Shown here: positions 55,946 through 64,000 of the stretch, piece by piece
Numbering within the stretch: the first letter of the stretch is position 1
Layout of the letters: each line of letters opens with the position of its first letter
Source: a virus
DNA: 64,000 nucleotides
Virus record (IMG/VR): IMGVR_UViG_3300020171_000018
Span: 21,803 to 85,802 of that record
Reading direction: 5' to 3' (one strand)
Position numbers and translations under genes: made by a program
The notes under the pieces: generated by a model
Database searches by the model: none
The model's input: only the letters and a program-made list of their open reading frames with translations
Told to the model about the DNA's origin: nothing

Positions 55946-56257
55946 TTATCGAGATGGCTCGTGACCTTCGTCGTCGGGAAGTAGGGCAAGAAGAATGCGT
56001 TGATTGTTCTCCACAATCAGGTCTACCAAGGACTCCACGAACGCAACCTGAATACCCACCTTATTGGCGGGTGGGGCTTCGAGGAGGGCGGCTATCGCTT
56101 CAAGTGCTTTTGGGGTGCCGCTCTCGCCGTGTGTGGCCGCTTCACCCTGGGAGACTGTCTGTCCGAATCGAGCTCTCGTCAGTTCAGCGAGGCGTTCACT
56201 CAAGGCATCTCTGTTTAGTAGAAGCCGTATCAAGGCTTCCTTTTCTTCGGGTGTCAT
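55946..56257 (-). CDS. IS passenger hypothetical protein (leaderless)
   Basis: TTGACA in the right TIR-17 bp-TACAAT, 6 nt before ATG. Confidence 0.65.
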   Translation of the reverse strand: MTPEEKEALIRLLLNRDALSERLAELTRARFGQTVSQGEAATHGESGTPKALEAIAALLEAPPANKVGIQVAFVESLVDLIVENNQRILLALLPDDEGHEPSR

Positions 56258-56325
56258 GGCTGCATTGTAAAGGGCACCACGCTAGGTGTCAACCAAGTCC
56301 GACTGGAACCCTGTAAGACCCCCAC

Positions 56326-56355
56326 TTGACAATTGACCGATAAACCCCTTACCAT
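56326..56355 (+). promoter_or_regulatory. Promoter of the structural operon
   Basis: TTGACA-18 bp-TACCAT. Confidence 0.55.
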
Positions 56356-56386
56356 AGGGTTGTCGTTTGGCCCGCACTGGGGCCAC

Positions 56387-56435
56387 AAAGGGACCGAGCA
56401 CCAGCGAGAAGGTGTTGTCGGTCCCTTTTCGTTTG
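56387..56435 (+). terminator. Terminator/attenuator-like hairpin in the operon leader
   Basis: AAAGGGACCGA / TCGGTCCCTTT 11-bp stem followed by TCGTTT. Confidence 0.5.
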
Positions 56436-56559
56436 TGCTCGAAAGTATCGGACCCAAGACTCAGGACTCAGGGCAGTAGAGCCAAAGCGAAACGACAGAT
56501 AAGCCAGACGCTCGTAAGGCTGCCCCAGTAGAACCATAATCTACTTGGGAGGTGTACGA

Positions 56560-57066
56560 GTGCCTACGGTTACACTTATCAAGGGAAACCCCGCGAACCC
56601 CAGACGCCACAGGCGCCACTACCGCAGGAACCCCGGAGCCCTCGCGGCCGCAACCAGATCCCTACCCGAATTGGGCGATGCCGTTGCGGGCGTGCTGGGC
56701 GCAGGCGTGGTCCTGACCGTCCCCGCGATGGTGATGAAGACCAGCACGGGCTGGACAAGAGTGCTGGTTGGCGGTCTCATTGGCTTGGGCGGTGCCTGGG
56801 CGACACGCCAGTTCGTCAACCCCAAGGCTGGCAATGCATTTGGGCTGGGCGCTGCTGTCATAGTGCTGGGCCAGGCAGTGGGCGTCGCCACCCAGGGCAA
56901 GTGGGGCATCCCGCTCACCCTGACCGTCGTGCCGCCAATGGAAGGCCGACTCTCCGCCCCCACTCCTCAGCCGACACTGATGAGTGGCATGGACAGGAGC
57001 GTGGGTGCCTTCGTGGATACCACATACGGGGGCGAGAACAGCGCCCTGAACCCACCGTTGGTCTAG
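56560..57066 (+). CDS. Virion membrane protein with Arg/His-rich NP-repeat N-terminus
   Basis: GGAGGTG RBS; KGNPANPRRHRRHYRRNP then three hydrophobic segments. Confidence 0.7.
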   Translation: MPTVTLIKGNPANPRRHRRHYRRNPGALAAATRSLPELGDAVAGVLGAGVVLTVPAMVMKTSTGWTRVLVGGLIGLGGAWATRQFVNPKAGNAFGLGAAVIVLGQAVGVATQGKWGIPLTLTVVPPMEGRLSAPTPQPTLMSGMDRSVGAFVDTTYGGENSALNPPLV

Positions 57067-57176
57067 GGGTATCGGTCTAAGGGCCGGTCTAACCTGAACG
57101 TGGAATACCCTGAACATGGAACACCCTGAACAGGCCCGGCTAGGAATAGTCGGGAAGTAGCAGGAAGGAGAAACCG

Positions 57177-57713
57177 ATGTCGTGCATAGTACCAGTCTCG
57201 GAACTCAGCATTGATGCCATACGGAACATGAAACTCAAGGCTCGCCGGATGCTCACGGAGCTGATGGTGCGGGCTGGCAAGGTGCAGGCCCCCAATCAGG
57301 TAGCCGTGCGGGACATTCGCGCCAACGATGACCTCACTATCGCCAACGGCGCAGATACCAACGAGTTCATCACGCCGGCTCTGGTAGCAGCCACCAACCT
57401 CACCTACGTCAACGCGCTGCTGGCTGCCAACAGGTATCTGGCCATTTACGCCGTGGCGATTGACTCCACGCTCCCCGCCCCCATCACCATGCTGTTCCAG
57501 GTCGGCCCCGGTGGAACCACCACTAGGGCTTACGTGGACCTCCAGAAGCTCTACGTGCATGATGAGTTCGTGGGCTACCTGGATGACCCGGTGGTGTACC
57601 AGCCCTCCGACCAGATGTTCATTGCGATGGAAATAGGTCGCACTGACGCAGCCGGCCAGAGGGTGGTCTTGATCGGGTACGTGGCTGAGCCTATGGGCCA
57701 GAGCATCAGCTAG
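57177..57713 (+). CDS. Putative major capsid protein (single jelly roll)
   Basis: 178 aa; N-terminal helix then alternating beta pattern; strong RBS; C-ending codon bias; first soluble gene of the block. Confidence 0.55.
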   Translation: MSCIVPVSELSIDAIRNMKLKARRMLTELMVRAGKVQAPNQVAVRDIRANDDLTIANGADTNEFITPALVAATNLTYVNALLAANRYLAIYAVAIDSTLPAPITMLFQVGPGGTTTRAYVDLQKLYVHDEFVGYLDDPVVYQPSDQMFIAMEIGRTDAAGQRVVLIGYVAEPMGQSIS

Positions 57714-57901
57714 ACCCAAAACCTAGAACCAAGGTCTGTCGGCTTTGTCTCCGGGCCGCGGTGTCCATACGGCTCCTAGGGGGTGACACGGGGAACACCC
57801 CCTAGAACCCCCAAAAGAAAAGACGGGGGGAATCCCCTGGGAGCCTTGACGGGGAGCAGTACCAGAATCTAGGAGCAGACAAGCAGACAAGGAGCAAGAA
57901 C

Positions 57902-58354
57902 ATGCCACAGTCGCAAAGAGTGAACAGAGTACTCAACATCCTGATGGGATTCAGGCTCTCATACCGTTTGATACCCGCCGTAGCAGCCGGTGCGGCAACT
58001 CCGGGTGTACCAGTCACTTCTGGCGCTCCCGGCGTCGGCGCAGACGTGAACCTCGTGGCAGCCAAGGGCATCGTAGTTGACTTCTGGGCGTGCCAGTTCA
58101 ACTTGGACACCCAGGGCGGTGCCATCCAGATAATGGAACTTCATGTGTGGCAGGGAGCGGCGGTCTGGGCCATAGGAACCCAGATTTCATCGTTCCGCTA
58201 CCACCCGTCACTGGTCACTCCCAACATCGGGGCCATCCCGGTTGGGCCGTACCCGGTACGGCTCTTGGCCAACGCCCAAGTGCAGATGGCCGCAGCTGGC
58301 GCGGCGGCCAGGGTGCTGGGTGTGTCCCTCCTGTATGGGGTGAACTTCATCTAA
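57902..58354 (+). CDS. Putative minor capsid protein (beta-sandwich)
   Basis: Ala/Gly/Val-rich beta pattern. Confidence 0.5.
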   Translation: MPQSQRVNRVLNILMGFRLSYRLIPAVAAGAATPGVPVTSGAPGVGADVNLVAAKGIVVDFWACQFNLDTQGGAIQIMELHVWQGAAVWAIGTQISSFRYHPSLVTPNIGAIPVGPYPVRLLANAQVQMAAAGAAARVLGVSLLYGVNFI

Positions 58355-58446
58355 CCCAAGGCATGTGGGGCTGGATGAGGGCTCGAACTGGGGCTCTCAT
58401 CCAGCCAAGGTGTGTTACTCCAAAGAGTAAATAAGGAGAGAACACA

Positions 58447-58849
58447 AGTGACAAGAGTGACAAGCAGGAACATTGCAGGACTGGGGCTCTGGTGTAGGGT
58501 CAGGTCTCTCTTTGACAAGCCCTTCTTTGACAAGCCCTCGCTCAAGACTAACGACTTGGAACAGAAATGGGTGTGCGTGGTCCCCATTGCGGCTCTGGGT
58601 GGCGGACTGGGGGCCGTTTGGCTTCCTCTTCGGGACATGCGACGGGAGCAACTGCCGGACAACAGGCCCTCACGATGCGCCAAGTATGCATGGAGAGCGA
58701 CAACGGAGCACGAGGGTGTCTGCTATAAGGTGTGTTGCTTCTCAGATGAGCCCGCTCTTCTCCAACCCGCAGACTATGTTTGGGTGATTGAGAGGCCCCC
58801 AGTACCTGTCGCGGATGCCTCTTTGGCGGCAGTAGGGGCTGGCATATGA
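58447..58849 (+). CDS. Hypothetical protein
   Basis: AAGGAG RBS; ATGA overlap with next gene. Confidence 0.45.
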
Positions 58850-59754
58850 GCAAGGGCAACAGGATGATTGACTACACCGACAAATCCACGGCGGCCAAAA
58901 TCCCAGCAACCTTTGATAGGCACAACAGACTGCTGGAGAGCTTCACCAAGTTGCAAGAGGTGCAGGAATACTACAAATTGGGGCAGCAAGCATTGGAGCA
59001 GGGTCTTGGGGTGTCAATTTGCCACCTAGGGTGTGGGATTTGCTGCCGGGTTAATGTGCCTATCGCAATGGGCGTGGAGGCTCGGAACATCATCTCTTGG
59101 GCGCTTGGTAGAGGCCCGCTGTTCCTTGAGGGGCTTTTGGACAGATGCGAGAACTGGCTCATTAGCGCAGACGGCCCAACTCATGCTAGGGAAGGGATAA
59201 TCGTAGGTATCATTCCTCGAAAGATACTTGGGGAGTTCCAGACTCTACAAGGGTCACAGTGTCCGTTCCTCAACCCCGACACCACTTGTGTGATCCACGG
59301 AGCACGCCCTATTGTCTGTCAAGCCTTTGGTGTGACCCGTGACCCAGCCCCTATTTGCCCAAGGCCACTTGGGTCGGGGGAGCGTCGAGACCTCATGGCC
59401 ATCATTTCAGGCCCGTCCGTGGATGCTCTGAGGCGCAAAGTCCAACTGATGCGACAGGCGGCCAGTGAAGGGAATCCAGCCTGGGGTGCCAGCGGGCTCC
59501 TGCCGACAATGCTCTTGGCCGCTGGTAGACCAGAGAGGCTAAAGGCACTCATAGCCGAAAACCGCATACCCTCTGCCAAGCTCCTGATGGTAGCTGGGGA
59601 GTATCACGGGCTACTTTGGCAGGACCAGTTGGACGGGGCCAGACAGGGGGTGCCCGGGGAGCTACTCATTGAGCACGACAAGGGCCTTGAAACAGACGGC
59701 ATAGACAGGCGGGACCTGGAGAGGGCCAAGCAGGAGTTCAGGCAACTTGTGTAA
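58846..59754 (+). CDS. YkgJ/CxxCxxCC-family Fe-S/Zn cluster protein
   Basis: CHLGCGICC...CPFL...CVIHGARPIVC. Confidence 0.85.
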   Translation: MSKGNRMIDYTDKSTAAKIPATFDRHNRLLESFTKLQEVQEYYKLGQQALEQGLGVSICHLGCGICCRVNVPIAMGVEARNIISWALGRGPLFLEGLLDRCENWLISADGPTHAREGIIVGIIPRKILGEFQTLQGSQCPFLNPDTTCVIHGARPIVCQAFGVTRDPAPICPRPLGSGERRDLMAIISGPSVDALRRKVQLMRQAASEGNPAWGASGLLPTMLLAAGRPERLKALIAENRIPSAKLLMVAGEYHGLLWQDQLDGARQGVPGELLIEHDKGLETDGIDRRDLERAKQEFRQLV

Positions 59755-59763
59755 CAGGAGAGA

Positions 59764-60066
59764 ATGATGACCACCAGAAGCAAGAAACCTAAGCCCACTG
59801 GGGCTGCTCCGGCTGCTCCGGTTGCTCCGATTCCAGCTCCTACCCCAATCGTGGCTGCGGTGCCCGCGCCAAGGGTGCTAGAGACGCCAAAGGCAGAAGT
59901 GGAGGTTGGGAGCCTCGCCCCCGGTGACTCCTTCCAGCTCGATGGGAGGAGCTGTCGGCGTGAAGGGGGCGTGGGGGATGAGGTGGTGGTCTTGCAGATA
60001 GGGGCGGAAGGGGGTCACGGCGCCAGGTATTTCATGCAGGCGGATACCAAGGTCGTAAAGACATAG
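59764..60066 (+). CDS. Pro/Ala-rich small protein
   Basis: AGGAG RBS; AP-rich linker plus small beta domain. Confidence 0.6.
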   Translation: MMTTRSKKPKPTGAAPAAPVAPIPAPTPIVAAVPAPRVLETPKAEVEVGSLAPGDSFQLDGRSCRREGGVGDEVVVLQIGAEGGHGARYFMQADTKVVKT

Positions 60067-60096
60067 AAAATACGAAATCAGTCACGGAGGTGTGAA

Positions 60097-60747
60097 ATCG
60101 CTACGCTTACGTTCGCAAGATGGTTCGAACCTGCTCCCGTCCAAGCGGTAGTGCTCCCCGGAGAGAACATTGGAATCTACGTCTCCGGGCAGTACCAGTT
60201 CTACCGGGTGCCCTTTGTGGAGGCAATCCCGTCATCCCGGCAGATGACGCAGAACCTGGGCGTAGTGGGTGCAAACGCCTCCAGCGGCGGCGGCACCCCG
60301 ACGCAGATAACGGTGACGGACGTGCCCGATGGCTATTTTGGGCACTTCCGCTGGATGCCCATTGATGACGCCGAGATAGAGCTGTTCGAGAGCCTGAGCG
60401 TCGGACGGTACGCGACTCTTGGCACTAGGGGTCGGGTGAATGTGCAAACAGGGCTAGTGGACCCGACCTGGGCCTCCACCACCATTGGCGTGTTCGGCGC
60501 TCAGCGGTCTGCATTCATGCTGGCGTGGAACATTGCGGCCATTGGCCTGACCCAGAGCAGGATCAAGTTCTGGGGGTACAAGTATACCTTGGTGCCCTTC
60601 GCCCCGAGCTGGAATATCATCCTGCACAGGATTGCGTTCGCTCAGCCGACGGGTGACCTGACGGCGAGCATGACCCCGGAGCAGAAGAAGCAACTCGCTG
60701 ACTTCAGGGCGACGCTCGTTCCCGCTGAGGGCTTCACGGCGGCTTAG
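60097..60747 (+). CDS. Putative second capsid protein; probable ATC start (first canonical start is GTG 60151)
   Basis: Beta-rich; GGAGGTG at 60086-60092 precedes in-frame ATC. Confidence 0.5.
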   Translation: MATLTFARWFEPAPVQAVVLPGENIGIYVSGQYQFYRVPFVEAIPSSRQMTQNLGVVGANASSGGGTPTQITVTDVPDGYFGHFRWMPIDDAEIELFESLSVGRYATLGTRGRVNVQTGLVDPTWASTTIGVFGAQRSAFMLAWNIAAIGLTQSRIKFWGYKYTLVPFAPSWNIILHRIAFAQPTGDLTASMTPEQKKQLADFRATLVPAEGFTAA

Positions 60748-60817
60748 ACCTAACCCTGATGACCCTGAGGAGAGCCATAAGCCCAGAAACCCGGTAAAAG
60801 AACATGGAGGCGCTACG

Positions 60818-61198
60818 ATGACCATGCTAGTAACAGTGCCATCTAGGGACATAGTTGAGGCGCAGGCAGGCTCCAAGCTCAAGAATGGTGGCCTCATCTC
60901 ACTGATTGCAAACGCTACACCCCTGACGGTCTACACCATGCCGACGGGGCTGACGGCCAGGCTATGGGCGCTCGAGGTGTTCAACGGGAACGCCGCTGAC
61001 ACCATTGTCTCCATAGGCACGGGGTTGGCCCCGCTGGTGCTCGCCATCCCTAGGCTGTTTGTAGGCGCGGGCCTTCACGACATAATTCCGCTGCCCCCGT
61101 TCGAGTTCTCGGCCAACATTACGGCGGAGGCGTCGGTGGCAGGGGCCGCTCCCGCCAACGTGGCCGTGATTCTCTACGTCGTTAGCATCGGCGGGTAG
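60818..61198 (+). CDS. Putative minor virion protein (jelly-roll-like)
   Basis: VYTMP...LEVFNGN beta pattern; GGAGG RBS. Confidence 0.55.
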   Translation: MTMLVTVPSRDIVEAQAGSKLKNGGLISLIANATPLTVYTMPTGLTARLWALEVFNGNAADTIVSIGTGLAPLVLAIPRLFVGAGLHDIIPLPPFEFSANITAEASVAGAAPANVAVILYVVSIGG

Positions 61199-61254
61199 AG
61201 GGGAGCATTAGCCTCTCTACATTGAGGTGGTAGGTTGAGGCGGCAGGAGGAGCT

Positions 61255-61611
61255 ATGGGTCAGATAGAGATTGCCTCTTTTACGCTAACGGTTGCTGCGT
61301 CAACAGAGGCTACCGCGCGACAGAACGCCCAAGTTGCTGGCCGCATATTTGAGGTCGGAATCCATTGGCCGGGCGGGTGCAACGGGTTGGTGCGCGTGAG
61401 GGTCTCTCACGGCGCTGTACAAATCGTGCCACGAGACGGGGGGCTGGCGATGGATAATGTGCTGGCTCCCTACCAGGTGGATGAACCAATAGCCAGGGGG
61501 GAACCCCTAGAGGTGGTTGTCCAGAACACAGACGGGGCCTGGCCGCACACAATCACCGTTACTGCCTCCATTAGAAAGGCGGCCAGTAGCGCCGGTGGGG
61601 GCGGAAAGTGA
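61255..61611 (+). CDS. Putative minor virion protein (jelly-roll-like)
   Basis: IHWPGGC.GLV.V...N.D..WPHTITV. Confidence 0.55.
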   Translation: MGQIEIASFTLTVAASTEATARQNAQVAGRIFEVGIHWPGGCNGLVRVRVSHGAVQIVPRDGGLAMDNVLAPYQVDEPIARGEPLEVVVQNTDGAWPHTITVTASIRKAASSAGGGGK

Positions 61612-62096
61612 CGACTCAGACCACTCGACTCATTCCCGCTGTAGGAATAGGCTTCCCCGACTACAGCCGTGGCATCTCCACACAGACTGTGCCCCTGATT
61701 CGCAGCGCAGATGATCAGTACGCCTTTTCGGCCTGGGACTCGGTACTGATAGCCGATGGAGCAAGCACGATAATTGACATTCCAGCCACCCCCCTCATCA
61801 GTGGGGTTCCGACCGTCGTGATATGCTACGACTTCTACTCCTCTATGGACGCAGATGGGTTGTGTATGATGGTGGTGCAATCTGTCTCGGCGGCCCCGGT
61901 GGTGGTGTCACAGGTGGTACGCAAGTTGGGCTATGGGCTAGTGGAAGAGCACTTGGCTGTTGGGTATCCGTTCCAAAACATCATACGCCTCACGCTCCAG
62001 AACCGGACGGGTCAGGCGAGGACTTTCACTTACGGCGTCCTCGGCGTGTGGACGAGTAAGCAGACATTCAACCTAACGAGCACACCTGTACCATGA
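61608..62096 (+). CDS. Putative vertex/spike protein with GxPDY N-terminal motif
   Basis: IPAVGIGFPDYS. Confidence 0.5.
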   Translation: MTTQTTRLIPAVGIGFPDYSRGISTQTVPLIRSADDQYAFSAWDSVLIADGASTIIDIPATPLISGVPTVVICYDFYSSMDADGLCMMVVQSVSAAPVVVSQVVRKLGYGLVEEHLAVGYPFQNIIRLTLQNRTGQARTFTYGVLGVWTSKQTFNLTSTPVP

Positions 62097-62602
62097 TAAC
62101 TACTACAACACCCATCCCCGCTGTAGGAGTAGGCAGGCCGGATTACACGCAGAACATTGCGTGGGCGGCGGTGTCAACCCAGCGTGGGGTGCAGATACGG
62201 CAAACCTTTCATGCCTATGGCACCAATGTGGATACCTTGCCCTACCCTAACGCTTATGGAATGGTCGTGCCTTGGTACAACCACAGCAGCGCTGTGGTGT
62301 ATGTGGTGCCAGATGACCTTCCGGCACACATGCAGAGCCTCCACCTGACTACTCCGCGAGACGTGCTGAAAACCATCCAGCTTTTCCGTTTCGCTTCCTG
62401 GGCTGACTATCTCCTCTGGAATGTGGAGAAGCTGGAGGGTGAGCTCTGGGGGTATGGCGCGCTGACGCTGCGCTGGTCCAAGGGTATGCCAGCGGTGACG
62501 GGGAGGGTCTACGTGATAGGCTTTGGCGAGTTCTCCAACGAGGTGCACTTCGACGTGAGCATCCAGTTGCACAACATCCTGGAAGAGGTAGTGTATGGCT
62601 AA
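62093..62602 (+). CDS. Putative vertex/spike protein with GxPDY N-terminal motif
   Basis: IPAVGVGRPDYT. Confidence 0.5.
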   Translation: MITTTTPIPAVGVGRPDYTQNIAWAAVSTQRGVQIRQTFHAYGTNVDTLPYPNAYGMVVPWYNHSSAVVYVVPDDLPAHMQSLHLTTPRDVLKTIQLFRFASWADYLLWNVEKLEGELWGYGALTLRWSKGMPAVTGRVYVIGFGEFSNEVHFDVSIQLHNILEEVVYG

Positions 62603-62969
62603 GCCGGACGACCTCAACAAGCCGGGGCCTCCACTCAAGCCGGAGCCGGAGCCGGAGCCCAAGCCGAAGCCGGAGCCGGACAAGCCCTCGGAGCCAACGG
62701 GGGACGTGACATCTGTGGTGCCCACTGAGCGGATTTGGTACGAGGTGGGGAAGCCTGAGAAGCATGAGGTGGTGCATTTCCCCTCTGCCCCAATCGGCCC
62801 AGGTCTGAAGTTCTACCATGCCACGGGTGTCACGCAACTCCTTCTCCGTGAGGGACACAGCAAAGAGGCTACAGGTGCCTTTCTCATAGTCGTGAATCCG
62901 CGGGAGAGGGCACAGGAGAAGAAGGAGAAGCGGGAGAGGGAGAAGAGGGAGAAGGAGACGAAGACATGA
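62595..62969 (+). CDS. PE/PK-repeat protein
   Basis: KPEPEPEPKPKPEP and EK-rich tail. Confidence 0.6.
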   Translation: MAKPDDLNKPGPPLKPEPEPEPKPKPEPDKPSEPTGDVTSVVPTERIWYEVGKPEKHEVVHFPSAPIGPGLKFYHATGVTQLLLREGHSKEATGAFLIVVNPRERAQEKKEKREREKREKETKT

Positions 62970-63307
62970 CAGAGCAGCGAAGGGTAGTGGAGATAAACCC
63001 CCTAGCTCCTGTGAGCATTACGTCTCTGCCACTGATCACTAGCGCCATCAGCACGGTGGCGGTGGCTATCGTGACCACCGTGGTCCTGGTGGCAACGGCG
63101 GCTAGACGCTACGCCTGCATAGTCAACACGGGGCCGACGTGGGTGTACCTGGCCTTCGCCGAGCCGGCAGTAGTGGGGCGAGGTATCCCCCTGGCCCCCA
63201 ATGGGCTGGGCAGCTACGAGATAACGCTGCTGAACCCGTTTGTTGGCGCTGTCAACGCTATAGCTAATGGTGCGGCCAGCAGCGTGGCTGTAGAGGAGGC
63301 TACGTGA
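62966..63307 (+). CDS. Putative small virion beta-sandwich protein
   Basis: RRYACIVNTGPTWVYL...GIPL.P.G.GSY. Confidence 0.55.
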   Translation: MTEQRRVVEINPLAPVSITSLPLITSAISTVAVAIVTTVVLVATAARRYACIVNTGPTWVYLAFAEPAVVGRGIPLAPNGLGSYEITLLNPFVGAVNAIANGAASSVAVEEAT

Positions 63308-64000
63308 TGCTGCGAAACTCCGAAAAGAGCTTCACCGAGCGGCTATCCTTTTTGGGGACCGTCTCGGGAATCGTGGGTGCGCCGAACTTCCAGTGCGCCA
63401 ACCTGATAGGCCATGACCCCGACTTTTTTGAAGGCTACTGGGTCTATGTTATCTGGGACGCGGGTGGTCTTGGCGGCGCTCCCCAGAGGCAGCAGCTAGT
63501 CTGCACCGGGTATGTCAGCGCCACCGGAGACCTCGCGGTAGGTGCCTTTGCGCCTGCTATTGCCATAGGGGATAAAGTCCTTCTAATCCATCCGTCACTA
63601 GCAGCATCCATTACATCGGGTGTGGACATTAGCACCATACTCGCGCTCGTGAGCGCTGAGCTGACACTGGACGAGGACAATGGTGTGGTCACTGCCACTG
63701 GCTTGGGCACCGAGGACAACGTGTACATCAATGCGGGCCCTGCGGGGGAGTTCGAGCCCCGCGTGGTGAAGATAGACCTGGACCTCATGGTGGGTGGCGA
63801 TACCACGGTTATCAGATACTACGAGCGCCTGACGCCAGGCGTTGGATGGTGGCTCATGGATTATGAAGCTTACAGCGGAATAGACGGCGGCCTGCTGGAT
63901 GGCGTCAAGGCCATCTGCGTCGAGATGCAGCCCAATAGGTTTGGGGTGCGCGTCACGCTTGAGCAAACAGCGGGTGCCGTTAAGAACTACCAGTGGCAGA
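63307..64000 (+). CDS. Putative virion protein (runs off window end)
   Basis: Hand-translated open frame from TGATG overlap; C-domain paralogous to 11321-11833. Confidence 0.7.
   Translation, partial: MLRNSEKSFTERLSFLGTVSGIVGAPNFQCANLIGHDPDFFEGYWVYVIWDAGGLGGAPQRQQLVCTGYVSATGDLAVGAFAPAIAIGDKVLLIHPSLAASITSGVDISTILALVSAELTLDEDNGVVTATGLGTEDNVYINAGPAGEFEPRVVKIDLDLMVGGDTTVIRYYERLTPGVGWWLMDYEAYSGIDGGLLDGVKAICVEMQPNRFGVRVTLEQTAGAVKNYQWQ

Larger units (their letters stand above)
54428..56310 (+). mobile_element. IS6-family-like element with passenger genes
   Basis: 24-bp TIR GG(C/T)TCCAGTCGGACTTGGTTGACA (54428-54451, 56287-56310); no TSD seen. Confidence 0.85.

Noticed and set aside
60082-60145. tRNA-like GGTTCGAACC...CCA sequence
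   Set aside because: No consistent cloverleaf; better explained as the RBS and 5' coding region of the downstream gene.

Overview
The window is most of the genome of a bacterial virus or provirus: there are sigma70-type promoters, GGAGG ribosome-binding sites and no host housekeeping operons. I see no terminase, portal, HK97 capsid or tape measure. Instead there is an FtsK/A32/Zot-type P-loop ATPase (48264-49874), a transglutaminase-like protein, membrane proteins and two blocks of small beta-rich proteins (6125-13072 minus, 56560-64000 plus). This suggests a tailless, membrane-containing, jelly-roll-capsid virus (inference). Layout: early gene cassettes (1-5200); spike/structural genes (6125-14335); a block of modular proteins punctuated by Asn-Pro (NP) motifs carrying a RelA/SpoT synthetase, a partial beta clamp and Zn ribbons (14437-23421); a replication/modification operon (23700-42050) with UDG-PolA fusion, dCTP deaminase, two MTases, ERCC4, AAA ATPase, Cas4-like nuclease, DinG and an Sm/Hfq-like protein; UvrD and a probable origin (42955-45900); an Acb2/Tad1-like gene and an IS6-like element; and a probable capsid operon. 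The strongest novelty candidate is the NP-delimited cargo polyprotein system. Next are an HNH gene nested out of frame inside an intact MTase ORF, a transposase-less IS1595-type cassette and a ~550-nt structured non-coding region. All product calls come from motif recognition by eye; no searches were run.
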